Assembly (NCBI GenBank): GCA_021812205.1
Contig: JAKAOJ010000001.1
Coordinates: 1-24,193 of the forward strand
Length of the DNA stretch: 24,193 nt
Origin: Candidatus Micrarchaeota archaeon
Lineage (GTDB): Archaea > Micrarchaeota > Micrarchaeia > Micrarchaeales > Micrarchaeaceae
Direction of reading: 5' to 3'
The notes beneath the pieces are model-generated. The model did not search any database and was not told the origin of the DNA. It worked only from the letters and a program-made list of their open reading frames with translations. Below are positions 15,526-23,155 of this stretch, piece after piece (within the stretch, counting starts at the first letter, position 1; each line of letters starts with the position of its first letter). The position numbers and the translations under genes were made by a program.

Positions 15526-16617
15526 ATGCAGAGCGTATCTGTGCTGCCACTGCATGGCGGCAGGGCGCCAAGATGGCTCTTTCCCAGAATGGTCAAGCTG
15601 GGAGGAATAATCGCGAATGCCGTAATTGATGAGTACGGCACAGTCGAATTCCTCCGAAGGCTGTCGAACCCTTACTGGTTCCAGGCGCTCGCGTGCGCGA
15701 TAGGGTATGACTGGCACAGCAGCGGTGCCACGACCGTGACCATGGGTGCGCTCAAGGAGGCACTAAACTTCAAGTCTGGCGTTTTCATAGCAGGCGGCAA
15801 AGGCTCAGTGGGCACTTCTGCTCCAGAGCAGATAGCTAGGGGTGCAGAATACCTGTCATTACAGGGCGCTGAACGGCTAGTGCATGCAAGCCGCATGAGT
15901 GCGAAGATAGATTCGGCACTGGTGTATGACGACATAGGCATATACCACCACACCATCGCATTCGCGAAGGATGGAAGCTGGTGTGTAATTCAGCAGGCGA
16001 TGCATAATGCATCAGGCAATGCCATACGCTTCCAGGTCGATGGCTCGCGTGTTGATGCGCGCGACATGACGAACGAGACGAACAGCGGCGTGTTCGCTGC
16101 CAAAAGCTCTGCCACGCTTGATTTGACTGCCGAGGGCAACGCGAAGCTCAAGCAGGCCAGCCTCAACCTCGTCAATGACGACCTGAGCGCCCTTAATTCG
16201 TTCGACCCGAAGGTTTACAGCCTGCCGAAGCGCCATGCCATACATACCGCTGACCTAAGCCAGCGGGCACGTAGGCTACTTGCGCAGGTCAGTGATATGC
16301 GCCCAGAGAGCTATGAGGAAATGCTGCAGATGAAGGGCATTGGCAGGAAGACTCTGCGCTCTGTTGCCATGATTGCATCGCTGGTGTACAGGACCGAGAT
16401 ATACGAGCGCGACCCTATACTCTATGCGTATAATGTAGGCGGCAAGGATGGCATCCCCTACCCAATAGATATAGACGAGTATGATAGGGTGATAGGCGCG
16501 ATGGGTGAGCTTGTGAGAGGCTCCTCGATGGCGCAGGAAGATGAGAGCAACTCCCTAAGGCGACTGAGCGCAGAGCTTTCGCGTGCTTACGCCGGCACAG
16601 CACAAAAGAGCTTATAA
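15526..16617 (+). CDS. DUF763 family protein
   Basis: LPLHGGRAPRWLF, DWHSSGATT, GGKG, YHH and an HhH-like KGIGRKT, plus YNVGGKDGIPYP. Start corrected to ATG 15526. Confidence 0.85.
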   Translation: MQSVSVLPLHGGRAPRWLFPRMVKLGGIIANAVIDEYGTVEFLRRLSNPYWFQALACAIGYDWHSSGATTVTMGALKEALNFKSGVFIAGGKGSVGTSAPEQIARGAEYLSLQGAERLVHASRMSAKIDSALVYDDIGIYHHTIAFAKDGSWCVIQQAMHNASGNAIRFQVDGSRVDARDMTNETNSGVFAAKSSATLDLTAEGNAKLKQASLNLVNDDLSALNSFDPKVYSLPKRHAIHTADLSQRARRLLAQVSDMRPESYEEMLQMKGIGRKTLRSVAMIASLVYRTEIYERDPILYAYNVGGKDGIPYPIDIDEYDRVIGAMGELVRGSSMAQEDESNSLRRLSAELSRAYAGTAQKSL

Positions 16618-16636
16618 ACTGCCGGGCATAATTGGT

Positions 16637-18082
16637 ATGGTTGCTATGGTGCTTCAGGTATACAACACTCTTTCAAGGTCCAAAGAAGAGTTCAGGCCCA
16701 GAAACGGCATGCACGTAGACATGTTCGTGTGCGGCCTGACCCCGTATGATGATGCGCACCTCGGCCACGCGAAGACCTTCATCAGCTTCGCAATAGCAGT
16801 CAGGTGGCTGCGGCGCCTCGGCTATGATGTGAAGTACGTCCAGAACATTACCGACATAGAAGACAAGATAATAGCCAGGGCCAAGGAGAGGGGCATCAGC
16901 CCGTCCGAGCTTGAGGGCAACTACGAGAAGCGGTTCTTTGAGGACATGGAGGCGCTCGGCATAAAGGGCGACGTCGACATGTATCCAAGGTCACATGACT
17001 ACATTGATGCAATAAAGGAGCAGATACAGCTTCTGATAGACAGGGGCTACGCCTATGAGCTCCAGGGCGACATATACTACGACGTCGCCAAGTTCCCGTC
17101 CTACACAAAGCTATCCGGTGTGAAGCTCGAGGAGCTAGAGCGCCACAGGATAGAACCCAAGGAGGGCAAGGTCAACAGCTACGACTTCGCACTATGGAAG
17201 GCGTCCAAGGATGGGGAGCCATCGTGGGATGCCAGGTTCACATTCAATGGCAAAGAGAAGGAGCTGCCAGGAAGGCCCGGCTGGCATATAGAGGACACTG
17301 CCATGACCCACGAGATTTTCGGCCCGCAGTATGATTTGCATGGAGGCGCGAACGAGCTGATATTCACGCATCACAGCAACGAGATTGCACAAGCAGAAGC
17401 CGCATACGGCATATCGCCGTTCGTCAAGTACTGGATGCATTCTGGCGTGCTGAACGTCAATGACATGAAGATGAGCAAGAGCCTCAAGAACTTCGTGACG
17501 ATACGCGATGCGCTGTCAAATTTCGATGCCGAAGTGCTGAAGCTGTTTGTAGCGTCAACGCACTACAGGAAGAACATAAACTACACCGAGGCGCTCATGA
17601 AGGAGGCGAAGATGCGGCTCAACTACCTGTATGCGGCGTTCAGCGTATTCTACAGCATGAAGGAAGCCAAGTCCTCCACCAGGGATGCCGAAGTGATCTC
17701 TATGGCAGAGAACCTAAAAAGGGAGTTCACGGAAGCGATGAACGACGATTTCAACACCCCGCTAGCTCTCTCGAGGCTTGTAGTGGCAATAAACGGCCTT
17801 AGGGCATTTGCAGAGGCAAACGGGCAAGTAGGCTCTGCTGCAAAGCATGAGATGGTGGACACGGTCCTGGGACTTGCCTCCATATTCGGTATACTGGGGC
17901 ACGATACCTACAAGCAGAGCCTGCCCGAGGAAGCCCACGCCCTGATAAACGAGCGTGAAAAGCTCAGGAAGGAGAAGCGCTTCAAGGAGTCTGACGATCT
18001 GCGCGATAAGCTAAAGCGCGAGTACGGCCTGGTTTTAGAGGACACTGAATACGGCACTGTATGGTACAAAGAAGGGGTGTGA
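16637..18082 (+). CDS. cysS: Cysteine--tRNA ligase (class I)
   Basis: FVCGLTPYD, HIGH-like HLGH, DFALWK, GRPGWHIE, DLHGG, KMSKS and DDFNTP. Start at 16637 or 16646. Confidence 0.96.
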   Translation: MVAMVLQVYNTLSRSKEEFRPRNGMHVDMFVCGLTPYDDAHLGHAKTFISFAIAVRWLRRLGYDVKYVQNITDIEDKIIARAKERGISPSELEGNYEKRFFEDMEALGIKGDVDMYPRSHDYIDAIKEQIQLLIDRGYAYELQGDIYYDVAKFPSYTKLSGVKLEELERHRIEPKEGKVNSYDFALWKASKDGEPSWDARFTFNGKEKELPGRPGWHIEDTAMTHEIFGPQYDLHGGANELIFTHHSNEIAQAEAAYGISPFVKYWMHSGVLNVNDMKMSKSLKNFVTIRDALSNFDAEVLKLFVASTHYRKNINYTEALMKEAKMRLNYLYAAFSVFYSMKEAKSSTRDAEVISMAENLKREFTEAMNDDFNTPLALSRLVVAINGLRAFAEANGQVGSAAKHEMVDTVLGLASIFGILGHDTYKQSLPEEAHALINEREKLRKEKRFKESDDLRDKLKREYGLVLEDTEYGTVWYKEGV

Positions 18083-18085
18083 GCG

Positions 18086-18595
18086 TCAGGCTGCTTTCTC
18101 GCCCTCCTCCTTTTCCAGGAACTTCCTCCCTGCCGCAGCGCGGTTCTCTAGCGCCCTGCCCATCTCCTCCTTCTCTTCAGGGTTGAGTACGCGCTCCAGT
18201 ATGAACTTGGAATATTCGACAGAGAGCTGGGACATGTCCATCAGGAGGTTCTGCAGTTCGCCTATCTTGAAGCTTATATCCTTCGTAGGCTTCATTATCT
18301 CCACTCCTGCCGGCGCGTACTTGAACGCAACGTCTACTATTGACATGAAGTTCTCAAACAGCATGGTGAGTACGGCACTTGTGCTGAAAGCACCAGCGTG
18401 CTCTATGGGCTCCTCTATTGCGCCATAGCAATACACCACACCCTTCTCCTTCAGCAGGTGCTCGTTTATCAGGTCGGCCATGAGGGGCTGCAGCTGCTCC
18501 TTGTCCTTGTGCTGCATGTCAAAATAGAGCTTTACAAGGACGCCTCCCCTCGCCAGCTTCTCCTCTGTGACCCTCTCCAGGTCGGACTTGACCAT
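18086..18595 (-). CDS. Hypothetical protein (169 aa, soluble alpha/beta)
   Basis: Clean ORF filling the gap, SD GGTG upstream, 21 nt downstream of trxA. Motif KYAPAGVEIMKP. Confidence 0.75.
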   Translation of the reverse strand: MVKSDLERVTEEKLARGGVLVKLYFDMQHKDKEQLQPLMADLINEHLLKEKGVVYCYGAIEEPIEHAGAFSTSAVLTMLFENFMSIVDVAFKYAPAGVEIMKPTKDISFKIGELQNLLMDMSQLSVEYSKFILERVLNPEEKEEMGRALENRAAAGRKFLEKEEGEKAA

Positions 18596-18616
18596 ACAAG
18601 CACCAATGCCAGCTCT

Positions 18617-18940
18617 TCACTTGAGGTTCCTGTCTATCCACGCCCTGAGCGTCTCCTTAGGCACTGCCCCAACGTTCTGGGCCTTCACCTGCCCCCTCAC
18701 GAACAGGAGTGTCGTCGGTATGCTCATTATGCCGTACTTCTCTGCTATGCTCTGATTCTCGTCGGCGTCTATCTTCACGAACTTGATCTTGCCCTCATAT
18801 TGCCCGGAAACCTCCTCTATTATTGGAGAGAATATGCGGCACGGACCACACCACGTGGCCCACACGTCGGCGACTACGGGCACATCAGACTTCAGGACTT
18901 CCGATTCAAATGTTTTCTCAGTAACGTCTATAACGCTCAT
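18617..18940 (-). CDS. trxA: Thioredoxin
   Basis: WATWCGPC active site, cis-Pro motif SIPT, SD GGTGA. Confidence 0.97.
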   Translation of the reverse strand: MSVIDVTEKTFESEVLKSDVPVVADVWATWCGPCRIFSPIIEEVSGQYEGKIKFVKIDADENQSIAEKYGIMSIPTTLLFVRGQVKAQNVGAVPKETLRAWIDRNLK

Positions 18941-19063
18941 TCAGATTCACCAAATCTCTATATATTGTAGGTTTTCAGGTATTTAAAGTTTGTGCAGGCA
19001 GACATGCCTTTGACACGCCTATAGGCGCTCCCGCATTCCGCTAATAGGCAGGTTCAGTTAGGC

Positions 19064-19071
19064 TTTTAAGA
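19064..19071 (+). promoter_or_regulatory. TATA-like box for the C/D sRNA-histone transcript
   Basis: TTTTAAGA lies about 20 nt upstream of box C. Confidence 0.5.
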
Positions 19072-19089
19072 CTGAGAGCAGAAAGAGCC

Positions 19090-19146
19090 CTGTGATGATT
19101 TTTGCGATCCTGAGCCATGCGATGATGAGGATCTTGAGTGCTGAAA
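19090..19146 (+). ncRNA. Box C/D methylation-guide sRNA
   Basis: Box C GTGATGA (19092-98), 11-nt guide TTTTTGCGATC, box D' CTGA (19110-13), box C' ATGATGA (19122-28), 12-nt guide GGATCTTGAGTG, box D CTGA (19141-44). All four boxes are consensus with canonical archaeal spacing. The ends are approximate. Confidence 0.9.
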
Positions 19147-19156
19147 AGTGCTTTCC

Positions 19157-19372
19157 ATGAAGATATCAAAGGCGGAGGTGAAGAGGTTCGTCAGGACGAG
19201 GTTCGGCGTCACAATAGAGGATGATGCGGCAGAGGAGATGGCGAGGATGCTTGAGAGCAAGGCCTCAGCCATAGCAAAGTTTGCGGTAGAGCACTCAAAG
19301 AACGGCCATGGCAAGCGTAAGGCGGTGTGTGCGGACGACGTCTACGCATACAAGCTCAAGTTCGGGGATTAG
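19157..19372 (+). CDS. Archaeal histone-fold protein (divergent HMf-type), 71 aa
   Basis: Aligns by eye to the HMf pattern: ISKAEVKRFVR / IEDDAAEEMARMLE...IAKFAVEH / RKAVCADDV, retaining the R-x6-D salt bridge. Confidence 0.8.
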   Translation: MKISKAEVKRFVRTRFGVTIEDDAAEEMARMLESKASAIAKFAVEHSKNGHGKRKAVCADDVYAYKLKFGD

Positions 19373-19918
19373 GTGGATGCTGCAGTGTCAGAAAGCCCTG
19401 AGCACTCTGTGCGCCTGGACTACGCGGAAGGCAGCGCCAGCATAACACTTCTGTGGGAGCCAATGCCTGACAACTGCGTACTGGAGACCAAGTTCAGCAG
19501 CACCGGCGCAATACTTGACCAGCAGCTGGTCAGGCTCTCGTCATCGACCCTGAAGGGAATGGTTGACACCTTCATGGAGCAGCACTCATTGGAGCCTAGG
19601 GAAACAGTGTTCGAGGAGCCCAGGCTGGAGGCTGCATGCCCGTCATGTGGCTCGCACGACATCGTGCGCTACATAAAAGCCGCGAAAGGCTCAAAAAGCG
19701 TGCCAGTGATGCCGATGTACGCATGCAGGAACTGCGGCGCCAAGAGCTACTACCTTACTGACGAATACCTGAAGAAGCTGGTCCGGCAGAATCCTGGCCT
19801 GTTTGAAGGCAAGGACCTCGGAGAGCTCGACAAGAACGAGGAAAGGTTTATAAAAGAGCTACGAGAGTATATAGCTAGGGTCTTTGCCTCAAAGAAAATA
19901 CTGAGCGCAAGGCCGTAA
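19373..19918 (+). CDS. Hypothetical protein with C4 zinc ribbon
   Basis: CPSC...CRNC. GTG start directly abuts the histone TAG. Confidence 0.7.
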   Translation: MDAAVSESPEHSVRLDYAEGSASITLLWEPMPDNCVLETKFSSTGAILDQQLVRLSSSTLKGMVDTFMEQHSLEPRETVFEEPRLEAACPSCGSHDIVRYIKAAKGSKSVPVMPMYACRNCGAKSYYLTDEYLKKLVRQNPGLFEGKDLGELDKNEERFIKELREYIARVFASKKILSARP

Positions 19919-19932
19919 CACGCGGCGATGAC

Positions 19933-20172
19933 ATGACGCTTCTATCAGACCTTTACGGCAAGCAGATAATCACTACAACAGGCAACAAGCTTGGCCTGGT
20001 GGAGGACGTGATCCTTGATTTTGAGACTGGCTCGATAGCAAACCTGCTCCTCACAAAGATAGAGAACCTCACCAGGGCGCAGAACACTGCCGCTGAGCTC
20101 AGGAAGAATAGCGTGGCCTACGAGCGCGTGAGGAACGTCTCAGAGACCATAATAGTCAGCACTTCAAAGTAG
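19933..20172 (+). CDS. PRC-barrel domain protein
   Basis: LSDLYGKQIITTTGNKLGLVEDVILDFETGSI...VRNVSETIIV is the typical archaeal stand-alone PRC-barrel pattern. Confidence 0.88.
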   Translation: MTLLSDLYGKQIITTTGNKLGLVEDVILDFETGSIANLLLTKIENLTRAQNTAAELRKNSVAYERVRNVSETIIVSTSK

Positions 20173-20183
20173 CAGGCAAAGGC

Positions 20184-20315
20184 TCAGTCGGTTGACACTT
20201 CTCTTGCCATCCCCGGCCTCTTCTTCACCAGTATGCGGCCACCGCAGTAGGTGCATCTGGTGAATCCTTCAAGCGCCTTTATCTCCTTTCCGCAGCTTGT
20301 GCAAACGTATACCAT
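20184..20315 (-). CDS. rpoP: DNA-directed RNA polymerase subunit P (Rpo12), 43 aa
   Basis: Manual translation MVYVCTSCGKEIKALEGFTRCTYCGGRILVKKRP... has the C4 Zn ribbon and RILxKxRP motif, in the conserved position after rpl37Ae. Confidence 0.93.
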   Translation of the reverse strand: MVYVCTSCGKEIKALEGFTRCTYCGGRILVKKRPGMAREVSTD

Positions 20316-20378
20316 TGGAACACCCTCTTGTTGCAAACATCAGCATATTTCACGTTCAGATATTAATTGCTATTGCCA

Positions 20379-20750
20379 TCACTGCTTGGTGCTCGCCTTC
20401 TTCAGCCATTTGACGAACTCTGCGTGCAGCGAAGATTTGCTGGTGTCTATAACACGTATCTTCATTGGCTCGCTGCTCCTGTAATGCTCGTCGGTCAGCT
20501 CCAGCACCGGCTTGTAATCCTTCATCTTGCAGAAGTGCACTTCCATCCAGTGTATCTTGCCTTCAAGGTAGTCATCTATCGTCTTTCTCGACATGGGCAC
20601 TGAAGTGAAGCTGAACAGTATTCCGTCGCACCAGTACAGGGGCATTACTCCTGCAGGCATTATGCGCTCGCGCAGCAGGTCATCCATAGGCGACTCCACC
20701 ACTTCGTGCACGACGAGCTCCTGTATGGGTGCATACGATATTTTAACCAT
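20379..20750 (-). CDS. Hypothetical protein (123 aa)
   Basis: Clean ORF 4 nt downstream of rpl37Ae. Motif LYWCDGILF. Confidence 0.75.
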   Translation of the reverse strand: MVKISYAPIQELVVHEVVESPMDDLLRERIMPAGVMPLYWCDGILFSFTSVPMSRKTIDDYLEGKIHWMEVHFCKMKDYKPVLELTDEHYRSSEPMKIRVIDTSKSSLHAEFVKWLKKASTKQ

Positions 20751-20754
20751 TGAG

Positions 20755-20994
20755 TCACTTCTTGTTCAGGCTTTCTATCTGCCTCTTAGCCATCTCTCCC
20801 GGAGGCGTGGTCATGGTGTAAGCCCCGCCTGCGTACACTTTGCCGCAGTGACTGCACTTCCAGATGCTTGTGCCTACGCGCTTGACAGTCATGCGCCCGC
20901 ACGCCTCGCACTTGTAGCGTGCAGTCTTCTGCTCCTTGACTGCGCGCGCTCGCTTCCTTATCCTGGCTCCATACCTTATGCTTGAGTTGACCAT
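20755..20994 (-). CDS. rpl37ae: Ribosomal protein eL43 (L37Ae)
   Basis: RYGARIRKR, CEAC...GIW-like SIWKCSHC, and GGAY. Confidence 0.96.
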   Translation of the reverse strand: MVNSSIRYGARIRKRARAVKEQKTARYKCEACGRMTVKRVGTSIWKCSHCGKVYAGGAYTMTTPPGEMAKRQIESLNKK

Positions 20995-20998
20995 TGAA

Positions 20999-21787
20999 TC
21001 ACTTCCTTATGCTGTCTTCTATTAGCTTCTTCAGCCCTTCATGCCTTGACATGGACTCAGCCACAAGCCTCTCCAGCTCATCGAAGCTGAAGCTTCCGCT
21101 CAGGCCCTTCTGCATTGCACGTATCGAGCTGCCGTCAGTTTCTATTGTGACCCTGGCGTCGGCTGCCGTCTCCTCGTTGCCCGTCATGTCAAACAGTATC
21201 TTGTCGCCTATTTTGCCGAATGTGGTTGACGTTACAATGTTTTCGGCCTTGACTGGAGAGCTCCTGCTCCCATAGTCGGCAGCACCGTCCTTGACCCCGG
21301 GTATCTTAGAGCTCATGAGCGCCGCCATGGCAGCAATGCTGCTGGCGTCGAAGAGGTTGCCGTCATAGTTTAGCACGTAGATATCAATGTATGCCGTCCA
21401 TGCCTTGCCTTCACCTACGAACAGGCTCTCAAGTTTCACGCAGTTGCCGGCGCGTATGCCCCTGTCAACCACTCTCGCGAGCTCTATCGCGTCGGGGCTA
21501 GGCGGGCCCGGCTCGTAATCTGCATTTGCAAGCGGAAGCAGCTCTGCCGACATGACTAGGTTGCCCATGTTTGGGGTGTCCGGCTTCGTATCCTCAAGCA
21601 CGAACTTGACGCCTGCAAGCACTCTGGTGCTGCCCATGTCTACCTGCGCCGAGCCCTCGGCGTTATCTATCACGTCGCAGCTGACTGTTATGGGCCTCTG
21701 GTCCATCAGTCCGCGCGAGTCCTCACGGACGCCCTTGGCCAGCAGCTCTCTTATGTAGCCGACCTTCACTACGTCTATAGCGTTCAT
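20999..21787 (-). CDS. rrp42: Exosome complex component Rrp42
   Basis: RNase PH fold: AEGSAQV, PDTPNMG, ELARVVDRGIR, YVLNYDGNLFDA. Confidence 0.96.
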   Translation of the reverse strand: MNAIDVVKVGYIRELLAKGVREDSRGLMDQRPITVSCDVIDNAEGSAQVDMGSTRVLAGVKFVLEDTKPDTPNMGNLVMSAELLPLANADYEPGPPSPDAIELARVVDRGIRAGNCVKLESLFVGEGKAWTAYIDIYVLNYDGNLFDASSIAAMAALMSSKIPGVKDGAADYGSRSSPVKAENIVTSTTFGKIGDKILFDMTGNEETAADARVTIETDGSSIRAMQKGLSGSFSFDELERLVAESMSRHEGLKKLIEDSIRK

Positions 21788-22524
21788 TCGCTCGCCCCCT
21801 TCACATCATAAACGCGCTTTAGCGCGTCCTTCTGTATCTCGCTTATGGTCTTGCCTGCCTCGAGTATGAGCTCCTTCGCCTCTGCGAACTGCTCCTTCGT
21901 GAAGCCGCCATCCATCTGGAGCAGCAGCACGTCGTTGTTCCTCGGCGCGACCGCGACCGGCATGTCAGCATCAGAATAGTTGTCCTCTATCATGTCGAAG
22001 TCTATAGCTACGTGGTCTCCTATGCGCCCTGCGCTGACCGCATAGACAAGGTCCTTCATGCGTATGCCTGCGTTGGCCATTGCGACAGAAGCTGCAGTGA
22101 GGCCAGCCGCCCTGGTGCCTCCATCTCCCTGGAGCACCTCGATGAACACATCGATCTCGCTGCCCGGGAACTCGTTCACCATGACCACATTCTCGAAGAC
22201 CTCCTTTATGACCTTCGAGATTTCTGTTGCGCGCCTGTTCGGCCCTGTCCTGCTGTGGCCCTCAAGCGACGAGAACGGAGCCATCTGGTACCTGCACTTT
22301 ATTATGGCCTTGTTTGGGTTGGCCATGTGTTTCGGCGTAGCCTCCCTGGGCCCGTACACGGCAGCAAGTATCTTGTTGCGCCCCCACTCTATGTATGCTG
22401 AACCTTCAGCGTTCTTCAGCACAGAGGCCTCTATCTTTATAGGCCTCAGGTCCCTGAAGCTGCGGCCATCGCGCCTCTTGCCGTCTATTATAAGTTCCGG
22501 CTTGTTCAATGACGATCCTCCCAT
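21784..22524 (-). CDS. rrp41: Exosome complex component Rrp41
   Basis: RRDGRSFRDLRP, GSAYIE, YGPRE, GPNRRATEISKVI, DGGTR and DADMP. ATG at 22524. Confidence 0.96.
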   Translation of the reverse strand: MGGSSLNKPELIIDGKRRDGRSFRDLRPIKIEASVLKNAEGSAYIEWGRNKILAAVYGPREATPKHMANPNKAIIKCRYQMAPFSSLEGHSRTGPNRRATEISKVIKEVFENVVMVNEFPGSEIDVFIEVLQGDGGTRAAGLTAASVAMANAGIRMKDLVYAVSAGRIGDHVAIDFDMIEDNYSDADMPVAVAPRNNDVLLLQMDGGFTKEQFAEAKELILEAGKTISEIQKDALKRVYDVKGASE

Positions 22525-22528
22525 CAAA

Positions 22529-23155
22529 TCACGTGTTTCTATTTTCTCCCTTTTCGAGCATGCTCTTTATGCGTTCGGTAAGCCCTGAGGTGTGCGCCTC
22601 GTGCTCGATGCGCAGTACAGCCTCTGTGGCCTCCGCCACTCCCTGGCCCTTCATCCATACAAGTCCGTTCCTCCCGACTACCATGCTGCACTTTGTGAGG
22701 TCCATTATCTGCTTTATCATTGTATTTGCCTTGCCTATCAGCCTTGGTACCTTAACAGCCTTGACATTCATCAGCGTGCCGCCTTCTAGCCTGCGCGGCT
22801 CCTCCAGGACTGCAAGCACCTTGTGCTCTATGTCGCGCACCTTAGCCTCGATTATGTCCCCTGGCATGTAATGCTCGCGGTCATATTTGTCCTGGATTAT
22901 CAGGCCGTTAACGAACTCAGTGAGCACCACCTTGTAGGTGCCGTTCCTGCCTGCGGCCTCAACTACCCCGACCACTATGTCGCCGCTCCTCGGCTTCCAG
23001 AAGCCCTCCAGCGGTATCACCTCGTTGCGCGAGTCGTCAAACAGGCCGACTACCGCCGAAACTGTCCTCGTGCCGTCTACATACGTGTTGTCCATCGACA
23101 GCCGGTGGTCCGAGACCACTGTGCCTGGTACAACTATCTTCCTCATTGATACCAT
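22529..23155 (-). CDS. rrp4: Exosome RNA-binding cap protein Rrp4
   Basis: IVVPG, P-x-x-GDIVVG (S1), and KH motifs KVPRLIGK and GRNGLVW. Start at 23155 (TGATG coupling) or 23146. Confidence 0.93.
   Translation of the reverse strand: MVSMRKIVVPGTVVSDHRLSMDNTYVDGTRTVSAVVGLFDDSRNEVIPLEGFWKPRSGDIVVGVVEAAGRNGTYKVVLTEFVNGLIIQDKYDREHYMPGDIIEAKVRDIEHKVLAVLEEPRRLEGGTLMNVKAVKVPRLIGKANTMIKQIMDLTKCSMVVGRNGLVWMKGQGVAEATEAVLRIEHEAHTSGLTERIKSMLEKGENRNT

Noticed and set aside
19099-19109. D' guide targeting G34 of tRNA-Cys(GCA), tempting because cysS is nearby
   Set aside because: It would give only about 8 pairs including wobbles and needs an atypical U32. The 16S helix 27 match is better, though neither can be verified here.
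20340-20382. Second C/D-like element on the minus strand (GTGATGG...CTGA...CTGA)
   Set aside because: Box C is imperfect and overlaps a stop codon, and only 12 nt separate the two CTGA copies, too short for C' plus a guide. It is better explained as the rpoP promoter.
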